64,000 nucleotides of DNA from a virus (taxonomy: Duplodnaviria > Caudoviricetes), in the IMG/VR virus record IMGVR_UViG_3300011989_000257, positions 288,001 through 352,000 of that record. The stretch is one strand, 5' to 3'. Position 1 is the first letter of the stretch, and each line of letters opens with the position of its first letter. The translations under genes and the position numbers were made by a program. Below, piece after piece: positions 17,011-27,388 of the stretch. Below the pieces are notes generated by a model that was not told the origin of the DNA, searched no databases, and saw only the letters and a list, made by a program, of their open reading frames with translations.

Positions 17011-17892
17011 TTAAAATAATAAACTACCCTTATCATCCCACTGTGTATACAACTTGCAGTTTGGACGCAGAATAAGATACTTCAATGTTTTCTTTTCCTC
17101 ACTCTTAGCCATACAATCCTCATCAACAACTGTAGGCATACCCATTACTGAATAACGTCTACTGCCATACTCTAGAGTATCAAGATAACGACCATTTTTC
17201 ATGATGTAATCATGTAAGCCTTTAAAATATGGTTCTGTTTTTACACCATATTTCTCAATCCACTTTGACTGAGGCGAATCGTTACCATCGGTATACATTT
17301 TGCGAAATGTAACTTGGTCAGCACCTAATACCTTGCTACAATATTCAAAAATTGCTTCGTAACTACTCTTTGGTTCATCATAAAGAAAAATACACGTTGT
17401 TATATTGAGAGATAAACGAAGATTAAATCCAAATTCTTTAATTTTATCGCAAAGCCATTTCAAATTAATCGGTGTGTGGCTACTATTGATAATATCAGAA
17501 TTAACCCCATCATCATTCAAACAAGACACTGAAAGGCTAATTGTTGTAATACCATTATTGCGAAAACAATTTAGTGTATATTCATCAATTTTGGCTCCAG
17601 TTGTTTGAATCTCAATATTTCTAAAAGGCATAACCAATTCGGAATTCATCTTGGAGAAGTTGGTGATAAACTCAAGATTTTGCTGTGGTTCGCCTTGTCC
17701 AGTGAGCATAACAGTATTACAACCATTATCTCTAGCAAAAGCCATTCGTTTCTTATAATTCTCCCTATGGAAAAAATTATCAGTAGAAACGAGGTCTTCA
17801 TATTCCTCCTTATGCATACGGCTTACACAGAACTTGCACTGATTCATGCAGCCATGTGTTGGTACAACAATTGATAGTGATTGTATATTCAT
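17011..17892 (-). CDS. radical SAM protein
   Basis: CMNQCKFC (CxxxCxxC); LTGQGEP. Confidence 0.85.
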   Translation of the reverse strand: MNIQSLSIVVPTHGCMNQCKFCVSRMHKEEYEDLVSTDNFFHRENYKKRMAFARDNGCNTVMLTGQGEPQQNLEFITNFSKMNSELVMPFRNIEIQTTGAKIDEYTLNCFRNNGITTISLSVSCLNDDGVNSDIINSSHTPINLKWLCDKIKEFGFNLRLSLNITTCIFLYDEPKSSYEAIFEYCSKVLGADQVTFRKMYTDGNDSPQSKWIEKYGVKTEPYFKGLHDYIMKNGRYLDTLEYGSRRYSVMGMPTVVDEDCMAKSEEKKTLKYLILRPNCKLYTQWDDKGSLLF

Positions 17893-18323
17893 TATTTCAA
17901 TTTATTTAGTTCGTTCAAAGCAAATTCACAAGCATTATATAACTTATCGTTATTAAAGAGTTTTTCTTCAATACGCTTTCTACCTTCTTCATTGGTTAAT
18001 CTATAACCCTTCAAAAGTCTCAGAATATTGGCAAATGGTCTTGTGTTGACAGTAATAAACTCCTTATTGCCCATCATGCGGTACACCCTATAATTGAACT
18101 GATGCATCCATATTGGACGATTCGTCTTCATCAAGGTAAGACAAGACTTGGCATCATATTCATCATGGAATTCACGAGCCTCCTTGATGTTCTCAGTAAG
18201 TTCATATTCAGTATATGTCATTAGAGTACCATTAATCATTTCTTGCTTATCAAGACCTCTTTTATAGTAGAGAATTTTACCTTCTCCATCTACTAACTCA
18301 ATAAAATATTTAGATTTTGCCAT
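17892..18323 (-). CDS. hypothetical protein
   Basis: 143-aa ORF coupled to the next gene. Confidence 0.7.
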   Translation of the reverse strand: MAKSKYFIELVDGEGKILYYKRGLDKQEMINGTLMTYTEYELTENIKEAREFHDEYDAKSCLTLMKTNRPIWMHQFNYRVYRMMGNKEFITVNTRPFANILRLLKGYRLTNEEGRKRIEEKLFNNDKLYNACEFALNELNKLK

Positions 18324-18326
18324 ATT

Positions 18327-18827
18327 TTAAACATTAAAATGGTCAATAAGATTCTTACGTGACTGTTCCTCTATCTTCTTCTTGAAAGCAGCCTTGGAAG
18401 CCTCAGTAAGAAACTCGCTCAACTCACTTGCACTAATTGAGTATTTGATACCGAACTTTTTAAATCTATCCGTATTCCTCAACTGATAATAATCAGACCT
18501 AGAATAGTATTTGGTATTGAAAGCAAATAGACGTGGTTCGCCATTTTCACCACCACCAATAAGAACCTTCAAGTAACCAAAATCAGCAACCTCAATAACT
18601 GACATCTTCTTATCAATTGGAGGACAATCGAGCATTTTAAGCATAAGCTCATTAAGCTTCTTAATCGTGCCATCCTTTGTCTCGCAACGTTCTTTCAGCT
18701 CTTGCATTGCATAATTCATTGAGTATGGGTTTGTTGTAAAGTGTACAATACACATAACAGCAAGCACCAAACAACACGCTACAAAAGCCCCCAATCCGAA
18801 TAAAAGTAAATACGTTATCATGCTCAT
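18327..18827 (-). CDS. membrane-anchored hypothetical protein
   Basis: N-terminal TM segment; ATG downstream of promoter 18843-18877. Confidence 0.65.
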   Translation of the reverse strand: MSMITYLLLFGLGAFVACCLVLAVMCIVHFTTNPYSMNYAMQELKERCETKDGTIKKLNELMLKMLDCPPIDKKMSVIEVADFGYLKVLIGGGENGEPRLFAFNTKYYSRSDYYQLRNTDRFKKFGIKYSISASELSEFLTEASKAAFKKKIEEQSRKNLIDHFNV

Positions 18828-18941
18828 AATTTTTATTTCTGCTGCAAAGTTACGAAAAAAATCTGAGGCTACCAAATTTCAGCCTCAGATTTAATATTAT
18901 TTAACAGTTAGGAATAAAGGACATGTTCGAGATGTTGCCAA

Positions 18942-19277
18942 TTAAGCGATTTCGTCCCAAATAAATTCTAGCATTTTCTCAGGTGCCTCTTTTATAAAGA
19001 TGTTGCACCATTGTCCTCTATGATTTTTGGTATTGATTCTAACGTCATCCAAAGAAGGTACACCTTCCATAGAGATTGGTTCATCACTAGTGATGCACAC
19101 CGAGACAATCTCAATCGAATTAGTAGCACTACCAAAGTCTTTGCCAATATTAATTCTCTTAGTATATACCTTATCCTCCATTGGATTTTCGCCTAAGATA
19201 TCAGCCTTTGTACTGTCTATTCCATTGGACATTATAATGCCGAGAATACCGCTTTCCAATTTAAACTTTTTATCCAT
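18942..19277 (-). CDS. hypothetical protein
   Basis: 111-aa ORF. Confidence 0.7.
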   Translation of the reverse strand: MDKKFKLESGILGIIMSNGIDSTKADILGENPMEDKVYTKRINIGKDFGSATNSIEIVSVCITSDEPISMEGVPSLDDVRINTKNHRGQWCNIFIKEAPEKMLEFIWDEIA

Positions 19278-19292
19278 ATTATTTTTCTTTAA

Positions 19293-20309
19293 TTATTTTG
19301 CCAACTCCATTAAAAGAACATTCACACGTTCCAAAAGATGTAGCCCTTCATTGGGCTGGGTTTCTCTACCTTTTTCCGTGTTATAGTTTTTAATAGTTTG
19401 ATATTCTACTTGGTCAAACACTTTGATTTTCTTTTCAGTGTCACCGACAATAACTCCATAAGATATGTCAGTAGGACCATAGCAATTTTTTCTTACATAA
19501 GCCACTCTATCTCCATAGTGAAGTTTATTGTTTTTATTATCACAATGACGAATTGGTGTACCTTTTGGTATTTTTTGCGTTTCTTCTTTTTCTTTTTTCT
19601 TTTCGGCTGTTTTTCTACTATTAATGTATTCTCTTAATGCTTTATCTGCAACAGCTCTATCCAAGTGAATAGATATCTTTGTGTTATCAAACCACTTAGT
19701 CCCACGCTTCACATAGAAATATGGGTCACTGAATTTAGAAGCATTCTCCTCATATTTCGAATTGTAACAAGTGAATTCGAAATTGGTAGTATTTATTGTG
19801 ATTTTATGAGGATGTCCTTCTTTTGCATTATTTGAAACATTTTCTACAGTTTCTTCGATGACAATCTTATTTATTTTATCTACAACATAAAGTTTATCGC
19901 CATTTTTGAGCGCCCCTAAATAATGTCCTTCATTGATTTTCCCCAATCTCTCAATAGCATCATTCATATTTGTAGCAATGAGACCATATACAGATTTATT
20001 ATACAATGCTTTGGATAATTTCATGCCATTTGGCAAACCTCTTCCATAGAATGTATTGGTACATGGTTTAAAATCATGATTTTTCTTAGCATCACAATAG
20101 CGTATCTCAACCATACCATTGCTACTTCTAACAACATATTTTGCATTACAACTATTAATTTTCTTCTCTATTGGGTCTATCTCGAAAAGAATATCGCCAA
20201 AACTAACTATGGAATATTCTTCTGGATGATTATAATATTTGCAACATTTATTACCCTCATTATCAGATAAAACAACTCCTTTTATACTATCAAATTTTTT
20301 TGTTGCCAT
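19293..20309 (-). CDS. hypothetical protein
   Basis: 338-aa ORF. Confidence 0.8.
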   Translation of the reverse strand: MATKKFDSIKGVVLSDNEGNKCCKYYNHPEEYSIVSFGDILFEIDPIEKKINSCNAKYVVRSSNGMVEIRYCDAKKNHDFKPCTNTFYGRGLPNGMKLSKALYNKSVYGLIATNMNDAIERLGKINEGHYLGALKNGDKLYVVDKINKIVIEETVENVSNNAKEGHPHKITINTTNFEFTCYNSKYEENASKFSDPYFYVKRGTKWFDNTKISIHLDRAVADKALREYINSRKTAEKKKEKEETQKIPKGTPIRHCDNKNNKLHYGDRVAYVRKNCYGPTDISYGVIVGDTEKKIKVFDQVEYQTIKNYNTEKGRETQPNEGLHLLERVNVLLMELAK

Positions 20310-20312
20310 ATT

Positions 20313-20567
20313 TTAGAGCTTAATGGTTTTCACAAATCCTTTATCCTTAAATCTGTTATAGACATCTTGAGTAAGGTCATGTTCCTCTTGTCTCATTTGA
20401 TTCACAACATTCTGCAATTCCTCAATGGATTCCCTAGACTGCTTAAGATGGATAATGGAGAAATCAAAGTCCCCATTATCCTTACCAATCTCATTATTTA
20501 CTATATTGAGGTGCATATTGAAATTATCAATGCATCCTTCAACGTTTTTCTTATCTATCATATTCAA
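20313..20567 (-). CDS. hypothetical protein
   Basis: 84-aa ORF overlapping the nadE stop. Confidence 0.6.
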   Translation of the reverse strand: MNMIDKKNVEGCIDNFNMHLNIVNNEIGKDNGDFDFSIIHLKQSRESIEELQNVVNQMRQEEHDLTQDVYNRFKDKGFVKTIKL

Positions 20568-21469
20568 CCAAAAATATTACCGTTTTTCTCACAAATCAAA
20601 CCACGATATACATCAATAATGAAAGGACGCTGCTTACGCTTAAATTCAGAACGTACAGAACGCATGATAACAGCCTCTACTGTGTCATACCCATGCTTTT
20701 CACAAAGATTCTTGAAGATGCTATAATCAAAGTGACTCTTGATTACAGTTTCCTTGATTCTCGAATCAAGACCAACCCATGCATGCAGAATTTCGTCAAC
20801 ATCGTCATAGGTTTTACCAGGGGCAATCTGTGCAAGGTCTCCACCCTCTTTGACACCGTTGCCATCGGTTGGCATAAGTGCAATAGAAGCCTCAAGAGCT
20901 TTAGAATTCTTATACACATTCTCCTTCATCCACTTTGCAAGGGCATATACCTCATGTTTCCATAATCCCCCAATTGGATTGAAATCAGACTCATCACCAT
21001 GAAGGGTCCAGAACCCTAAAAAATGTTCTGTTAAGTTATCGGTGTCAAGTACAATACCACCAACTTTTGAAGCGATATCATACAATGTAATCATACGTAG
21101 ACGTGCCTTGATATTACCTTGTGAGATTGGAGTTTTCTCTTTCCCACTAGCTTCAGCACAGAACTTCTCCATCACCTCGTAAGGCTCTTGCAGATTGACA
21201 ACCTTAAAGGTGTCGCAAAACTCCATACCAGCTTCCTTAGCAGCATTGTTTTCATCATCCATATTGGTTGAGCATGGAAGAGAAATACCAATAAGAGGAA
21301 TGCCACTAGCCTTACAAAGTGCGGCAACAACAGTTGAATCAATGCCTCCACTTAGACCAAGAACCAATACTCCAATGTGATTCTCAGTTGCATAACTCTT
21401 AATTCCCTCTGTGAGATTCTTAAATACTTTCTCCATGTCTAATGGAGTTGAACGATAAGTTTCTACCAT
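20564..21469 (-). CDS. nadE: NH3-dependent NAD+ synthetase
   Basis: GLSGGIDS, GNIKARLRM, TDNLTE..GFWTLHGD, PIGGLWKHEV, SEFKR. Confidence 0.92.
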   Translation of the reverse strand: MVETYRSTPLDMEKVFKNLTEGIKSYATENHIGVLVLGLSGGIDSTVVAALCKASGIPLIGISLPCSTNMDDENNAAKEAGMEFCDTFKVVNLQEPYEVMEKFCAEASGKEKTPISQGNIKARLRMITLYDIASKVGGIVLDTDNLTEHFLGFWTLHGDESDFNPIGGLWKHEVYALAKWMKENVYKNSKALEASIALMPTDGNGVKEGGDLAQIAPGKTYDDVDEILHAWVGLDSRIKETVIKSHFDYSIFKNLCEKHGYDTVEAVIMRSVRSEFKRKQRPFIIDVYRGLICEKNGNIFG

Positions 21470-21472
21470 AGT

Positions 21473-21994
21473 TTATTTGTTATTAATTGCATTACTTACT
21501 TTATCTTTCCTGAATTTTTCAATATCAGCATCCATCTTTATCCTTAAACATTTATTAGCAAGTTCTTTAACTTCTTCAATAGTCAATGCAACCTCCAATT
21601 GTATATCGGCTCTAGATGGTATTGTAGATGGTGATGAAACCATAAACCTTGGTTCAAGATTCTTATTGATAACAATTCTGCCTAACATTGTTCCTAAGCT
21701 ACTAAGCTGATTATGAAGTCGTTGAGTGTTGTAAATGTCATAAGGCTTTAAATCACGTTTAATATCGTCTTTGGTGAGATTTTCCATTTTATTGGCAAAG
21801 TCCATCAATGACTTGTTGTAATCATCGCCAAATCTGTTGGCATATTCAGTAATTTCCTCTAGGTCTTTTTTAACATCATTTTGTATCCCATTAATACGCC
21901 TTCTTTTAACATCTTTTTTATCCATACGGTCAGAAAATATCAATGCTGAAAAGAAAAGACCTAACATCGTAAATATAAGAATAAAAAATATCAT
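21473..21994 (-). CDS. membrane-anchored hypothetical protein
   Basis: MIFFILIFTMLGLFFSALIF TM segment after promoter 22010-22044. Confidence 0.65.
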   Translation of the reverse strand: MIFFILIFTMLGLFFSALIFSDRMDKKDVKRRRINGIQNDVKKDLEEITEYANRFGDDYNKSLMDFANKMENLTKDDIKRDLKPYDIYNTQRLHNQLSSLGTMLGRIVINKNLEPRFMVSSPSTIPSRADIQLEVALTIEEVKELANKCLRIKMDADIEKFRKDKVSNAINNK

Positions 21995-22063
21995 ATAATT
22001 TTTTTTTTTTGCAAAGATACGAAAAAAAATTGAGATAGCCAAATAACTATCCCAATTTTAATA

Positions 22064-23353
22064 CTATTTAACACAAATCATCGTATAGTCTTTCTTTCCT
22101 TTAGTTAGAAGTAGATACTTACCATTGATGAGATATTTATCAGAAATTATTTCTTTTTCAACAGTGGTTTTAATCTTGTTGATTGAGAAACCATTACTCT
22201 TTATGAGTTTTCTTGCTTCAGACTTTGAAGGTACTTTGTCGTGCATTGCTGCAAGGTCAATTGCTGTAATACCACTGTCAAACGTATCTTTACTAATCTC
22301 CACAGTAGGAACACCGTTCATCGCAGCAAGAAACGTATTCTCATCGAGTTTTTCCATATCAGCCATAGTTCCCTTACCGAAAAGGATATTTGTGGCTTCC
22401 ATAGCCTTATTGTATTCCTCCTCAGAATGCACAAGACATGTCATATACTTAGCCAATTCTTTCTGCAAATAACGAGAACTAGGATTCTCACGATGTTTTT
22501 CAATCATGGCATTAATTTCATCAAGAGGAATAAGAGTAAATTTCTTGATAAACACTTCTGCATCTACATCAGAAACATTAAGCCAATACTGCATGAACTG
22601 ATAAGGGGAAGTCTTTTTTGGGTCAAGCCATACTGAGTTTCCTTCAGTTTTGCCAAACTTACGACCATCTGCACAAGTAATCAAGTCCCAAGTCAAACCA
22701 CACACATCATCTTTACCAAGCATCTTATGAACGAGGTCTTGACCAGTTACCATATTCCCTAGGTTATCAGTTCCAGCAATTTGAAGAGTACAACCATAAT
22801 TCTGATACAAATGAACGAAATCGTAACCTTGAAGTAAACCATAGCTGAACTCTTGGAAGCTAATACCATTCCCTTCTCTCTCAAGGCGTTTTCTTACATT
22901 TTCCTTTGCCATGAGATAGTTAACAGTAATCTTCTTACCGACATCACGTATGAAATCAAGGAACTTGTAATCCTTATACCAATCCCAATTGTTAACCATA
23001 ATGGCTGCATTTGGTGCATCTGAATCGAAATCAATAATCTTTGAAATTTGTTTCTTAACGCATTCTACATTATGGAATACAGTTTCCATTGAAATGGCTT
23101 TACGCTCCTCACTCTTTCCGCTTGGGTCTCCAATAGCGCAAGTAGCACCTCCAACCAATATGATGGGTTTATGACCATATTGCTGCATAAGTCTCGATAC
23201 CATAAGTCCGACCATATGGTGGATGCCAAGAGAATCAGATGTTGGGTCAAGACCTAGATAAAAGGTTGTTGGTTTACTAAAACACTCTTCTAGATTACCA
23301 AATGTCTGAGACCATAGTCCCCTTTCTTTAAGTTCTTTAATTAATGGATTCAT
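22064..23353 (-). CDS. tyrS: tyrosyl-tRNA synthetase (bacterial type, atypical signatures)
   Basis: YLGLDPT, GDPSGKSEER, EFSYGLLQGYD, KFGKT, C-terminal S4-like domain (GKKDY). Confidence 0.95.
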   Translation of the reverse strand: MNPLIKELKERGLWSQTFGNLEECFSKPTTFYLGLDPTSDSLGIHHMVGLMVSRLMQQYGHKPIILVGGATCAIGDPSGKSEERKAISMETVFHNVECVKKQISKIIDFDSDAPNAAIMVNNWDWYKDYKFLDFIRDVGKKITVNYLMAKENVRKRLEREGNGISFQEFSYGLLQGYDFVHLYQNYGCTLQIAGTDNLGNMVTGQDLVHKMLGKDDVCGLTWDLITCADGRKFGKTEGNSVWLDPKKTSPYQFMQYWLNVSDVDAEVFIKKFTLIPLDEINAMIEKHRENPSSRYLQKELAKYMTCLVHSEEEYNKAMEATNILFGKGTMADMEKLDENTFLAAMNGVPTVEISKDTFDSGITAIDLAAMHDKVPSKSEARKLIKSNGFSINKIKTTVEKEIISDKYLINGKYLLLTKGKKDYTMICVK

Positions 23354-23653
23354 TTTAATTATATTTTTAAATACTTTCTGAAAAAACTAATAGTCTTTTT
23401 TTACTAAGCACAGCATTAGTTATTCCTACCATTTGAATCTGACTGATAGAATTCTTTTTATAAGAGTTAGCTGTAAACTTTGATTTACCCCCTTTATTTT
23501 TCTTCTTCCTTTTCTTATAGAAAAACATATTTATTCCTAATATTATATTCTTACTTTTGCAAAGATATAATTTTTTTCTGTAAATACAAAATTGTTTAAC
23601 TTAATTTAAGAAAAATGGCCATCAACTCTCGTTAATGACCATCTATCTAATTT

Positions 23654-25336
23654 CTACAACTGAATGTAGTTAAGAATCTCTTGCGTAAGAGCCTTTTCAA
23701 CAAGTTCCTCTGCGGTAAGATTCCTTGCCTTTCCAGTCTTCTCATCAATCACCTTATCCTCTCCAAGCAATGTAGTGATAATACTTCCATCAAATCCACT
23801 AAGGAAAGTACATCCTGGTTCAATGCTCTTACCCTCAAAATGAGTAATTCCATGTCTTGAAACACAATCCCACCAAATGAATTTCATGTTATCCACAAAT
23901 TCCTCTGGGAAAACTGTCTTCAACGACTTCTTGGAGTACTCATAATTGGTTTCTTGGTTACGTGGAGAGTCATACCAACGATTAGTTGGATTAAACTCCA
24001 TATCACTTACCACCAATATAGTAGTAGGATACTGCTCCAATGGAATCTCTGGATGCTGTCGCCTAATCTTAATGATTTCGTCAACGGCAGATTGGAAATT
24101 TGTACCACCACATCCAACACTTGGAAGGTTCATTACCCTTTCACAGAACGACTCACCCTTCATGTCGTATGGATAAGAGGTGTTGTCGAACATAATGAGC
24201 TTATTGTGGAAAGCTCCAGTGTTAAGGCTAGAAAAGAATATTGCCAAAGATGTTGCAATATCTGAACAGTATACGTCCTTCAATCCAGTAACTGGCTGAT
24301 TCATTGAACCACTAGTGTCAAGGCAACACCATACATTCTCTGTAATCTTGCCGCCATCACGAGCCTTATCTACAAGTCCATTAAACTGCGCATCAATGGT
24401 ATGCTTAACCTCAATAGGTAGTTTCTTATTTGAAGTAGTATAATATCTTCTTGAACCAATACCGTATTCACGAAGTTTCTTTGAAAGCTCAAATACATAA
24501 CCAGTAAACTTAGCCACTGGCTGCTGCATTATCCATTGTGTGTAATTATCTTTCAAACCATGATTTGAAAGGAACTTACTAGTGACAAGTAAGTTCAATG
24601 CACGTCCTGGAATGTGATTCCAATTCAGTTCCTTATAATTACGAGAGCAAATCAATTTTTGGAAATCATGCGCCTTACCACTCACTTTCATCTTATTGTA
24701 TTCCTTATAAGAAATACCCATTTGATTTGCAAATGCCTTTGCCAAGTCATTTGTGATAGTAGTCCACTCTGTCTTACACTTACTCTGAGACTTGATACGA
24801 GGCATATACTTCTTAATCAAATCAACATGAGTGTCACAAAGCAAACCTTGTGCAATCACCTCAAACATAGCTTTTTGGTTTAAGCACTTAACATTCTCCT
24901 TAATGTCATAGAACATCAAAGTCCACAAGTCCTTCCAAGAGCCAACAAGTGGCAATGCCCAAATGTTCTTGTAGAATGCATCTGGTTGTTCTTGAGCAAT
25001 CCAAAGCAAACGCTTGAATGACTCATCACGAGCACCTTGTCCATTCTGAACCTTATCAGTCTCATTATCCGTGTTCACCTTAACCTTGCGAGTTACCATA
25101 CGCAAATAGAATGGGAAACGAAGTGCTGCTTCAGCATTCTCACCCCAAATGGTTGCTTGGTCAGCAAATACTTCCGCAAGTGTACGCCCTCTGAAGTTAC
25201 CAGCCTTACCAAATTGGTCAACAATTGCACTTCCAGTCGAAACAAGTGTTTTTGCTCCATTCTCTGTCAATGTTGAACTCTCGAAACCTACTGCATTAAG
25301 GAATGCGTTTGTCTTTGTCGCTGTCTTTGTATTCAT
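23654..25336 (-). CDS. DUF2828-like helical protein with C-terminal vWA domain (Ro60/TROVE-like architecture)
   Basis: TLTENGA..STG N-terminus, GQGARD, VGSWKDL, KYMPR; MIDAS-type DTSGSM, GGTNF and VSDMEF. Confidence 0.75.
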   Translation of the reverse strand: MNTKTATKTNAFLNAVGFESSTLTENGAKTLVSTGSAIVDQFGKAGNFRGRTLAEVFADQATIWGENAEAALRFPFYLRMVTRKVKVNTDNETDKVQNGQGARDESFKRLLWIAQEQPDAFYKNIWALPLVGSWKDLWTLMFYDIKENVKCLNQKAMFEVIAQGLLCDTHVDLIKKYMPRIKSQSKCKTEWTTITNDLAKAFANQMGISYKEYNKMKVSGKAHDFQKLICSRNYKELNWNHIPGRALNLLVTSKFLSNHGLKDNYTQWIMQQPVAKFTGYVFELSKKLREYGIGSRRYYTTSNKKLPIEVKHTIDAQFNGLVDKARDGGKITENVWCCLDTSGSMNQPVTGLKDVYCSDIATSLAIFFSSLNTGAFHNKLIMFDNTSYPYDMKGESFCERVMNLPSVGCGGTNFQSAVDEIIKIRRQHPEIPLEQYPTTILVVSDMEFNPTNRWYDSPRNQETNYEYSKKSLKTVFPEEFVDNMKFIWWDCVSRHGITHFEGKSIEPGCTFLSGFDGSIITTLLGEDKVIDEKTGKARNLTAEELVEKALTQEILNYIQL

Positions 25337-25452
25337 ATTTTTCTCCTATTTTTATTTCTTGTGCAAAGATATGAAAAAAAAATGAGATAACCAAATATTT
25401 TAATACTTTTTTACAATAAAAAGATATTTATAGTATATAATTAAAGAAAATT

Positions 25453-25893
25453 ATGGACGGTAAGAGAGTAAATGCAATTATAACTGAAGAAATTAACAAA
25501 GTTATTAACGAAGACTTCATGGGCGAAAAAAGTAACCATATACAAGACCTTGTTCAGAAATACTTTGGTCATAAAAAGAAAAAGAATGATAAACCAAAGA
25601 AAAAGATGAAAATGCGTAAAATGGTTGGAGGTGGCGAAAAAATGTATGATTATGACGAGTACGAAAGGAAAAACAGAAAGATTTCCAATGGTGATGCGGA
25701 CTCAATACGTAGAACCATTGACACTGAGAAAACCAACATTGCTGCTGTTGCAAGGGAACTGTTTCCAGACCATACAGATGAAGGCGCTCAGTCTCAGTTT
25801 AGAAAAATAATTAATGGTGAGAGACCTATGACAAAAAATATCGCATCTAAAGTTGAGAAAATGATATCAAGTGGGCAAATTGCTGTTAAATAA
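25453..25893 (+). CDS. hypothetical protein, possible C-terminal HTH
   Basis: 146 aa; IAAVARELF..SQFRKIINGERP. Confidence 0.65.
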   Translation: MDGKRVNAIITEEINKVINEDFMGEKSNHIQDLVQKYFGHKKKKNDKPKKKMKMRKMVGGGEKMYDYDEYERKNRKISNGDADSIRRTIDTEKTNIAAVARELFPDHTDEGAQSQFRKIINGERPMTKNIASKVEKMISSGQIAVK

Positions 25894-25900
25894 AATTTAA

Positions 25901-25929
25901 AATGGGTAGTACTAGTTGTACTACCCATT
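25901..25929. terminator. bidirectional hairpin terminator
   Basis: AATGGGTAGTAC-TAGTT-GTACTACCCATT between convergent genes. Confidence 0.75.
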
Positions 25930-25935
25930 CTTTAT

Positions 25936-26841
25936 TCAATCAAGTTTTTTAATCTTCCTCAGATATTCTGCTTTCATTTCATCCATTGCTTCAAGTTCAA
26001 GTTGTCTTACTCGCTCAGAAGTTAATCCAATGATTTGTCCTATTTCCTCACGTTCATATTCTCTTCTAAGACCATTATCACCCTCATACATTCCAAAGCG
26101 CATCTTAATGATTTGCTGTTTACGTGGAGAGAGTTTGCTAAGTAATGATGAGACTACTTTCTTGTTGAACTCTTCCTCTTCCTTTTCCTCATATTCATTG
26201 TATGAAGCGCTTGCTCTATTATAGGCTGCTACATCGCCATAATTAGGAGATTCATCTTCATCATTGGCTGATTCATCGACATAACTAACCTTTAAATCTA
26301 ATATATCATTCTTATCTTTAATATCCTTACCATACTTCACGGTAACAATATCAAATAATTCATCTGGACTTGGAGTTCTTTCGTTTTTCTGCAAGAAATC
26401 ATTTGTTGCCTTTGACAAAACATGAAATGTCTTTGAATAATTTGGCCTCTTAACCACTTGCAAATCACCACAGATATACTTGTTAATTGCACGTTTGATG
26501 AACCACATTGCATAACTTGCAAACTTGACGTTGTGAGTTGTATCGAACCTATCCATTGCTTCGAGCAAACCAAAATTGGCCTCATTGACATAATCCATTA
26601 AAGTATCAGTCTTAGCCCATTTCTTTGCTGCTGCTATAATCATCCTTTGGTTGCATAGCATAATGTAGTCTCTTGCAATTTCCTTCTCTTCCTTAGTGCC
26701 ATGCTTATACTTTGTAAACCACTCTATTTCCTCTTCTCTAGTGAGTGTTGGAAAATCCTTAACATCTTTAAGAAATCTAGTGGTGTTTTCTGAACGGTCT
26801 ACAAGACCAGTGTCTGCTTTAAGATTAATTACTAAACTCAT
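25936..26841 (-). CDS. sigma70-family RNA polymerase sigma factor
   Basis: Region 1.2 (PTLTREEE), region 2 (GLLEAMDRFD..KFASYAMWFI), region 4 (EIGQIIGLTSERVRQLE). Confidence 0.92.
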   Translation of the reverse strand: MSLVINLKADTGLVDRSENTTRFLKDVKDFPTLTREEEIEWFTKYKHGTKEEKEIARDYIMLCNQRMIIAAAKKWAKTDTLMDYVNEANFGLLEAMDRFDTTHNVKFASYAMWFIKRAINKYICGDLQVVKRPNYSKTFHVLSKATNDFLQKNERTPSPDELFDIVTVKYGKDIKDKNDILDLKVSYVDESANDEDESPNYGDVAAYNRASASYNEYEEKEEEEFNKKVVSSLLSKLSPRKQQIIKMRFGMYEGDNGLRREYEREEIGQIIGLTSERVRQLELEAMDEMKAEYLRKIKKLD

Positions 26842-26851
26842 TAAATTATTT

Positions 26852-27388
26852 TTATTTATTATTGTTTTTCTTTTTTAATGTTACAACTGTCTTATTCCCT
26901 TCATCACGTAGAGCTGCCTCTGGAACTGCAATATCTTCCAACAAGACAATGAACTCAAGAATGGATTTCTTGTTTTCTTCTCTTCTAGATAATTCACGTC
27001 CTTTCATGGAAAGTGTAACTCTAACACGGCTTCCGTCTTCAAGAAACTTACGAGCATTATTAGCTTTAGTTTCAAGGTCATGTTTTGCAATGTTCACACT
27101 TAATTGAATCTCCTTCAGAGGTTTAACTGATTGTTTGCTCTTCTTTGAAGCCTTTTTAAGTTCATACATCATCTTCTCATAGTTACAGATTCGTATGATG
27201 GGCATAACACCATTTCCTTGAATTTCAACTAAGTCTAAATTCATGCCATTTGCAATACTCCTTGCTTCTGACATAGTTACAACTTTACTTTCGATGTCAT
27301 TTCCAACGATTCTAACATTCCCATTGAATCTGATTTCATCGTTCACACGGAACTTTGAAGAAAAATCATTCTTCTTCTGCTTTACCAT
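26852..27388 (-). CDS. infC: translation initiation factor IF-3
   Basis: RVNDEIR..VRIV, LDLVEI, KEIQLSVNIAKHDLETK...FLEDGSRVRV...GRE. Confidence 0.92.
   Translation of the reverse strand: MVKQKKNDFSSKFRVNDEIRFNGNVRIVGNDIESKVVTMSEARSIANGMNLDLVEIQGNGVMPIIRICNYEKMMYELKKASKKSKQSVKPLKEIQLSVNIAKHDLETKANNARKFLEDGSRVRVTLSMKGRELSRREENKKSILEFIVLLEDIAVPEAALRDEGNKTVVTLKKKNNNK

Noticed and set aside
23468-23482. TTTACAGC motif upstream of tyrS
   Set aside because: It lies in a small ORF, lacks the CAGCA ending and has no closing stem.
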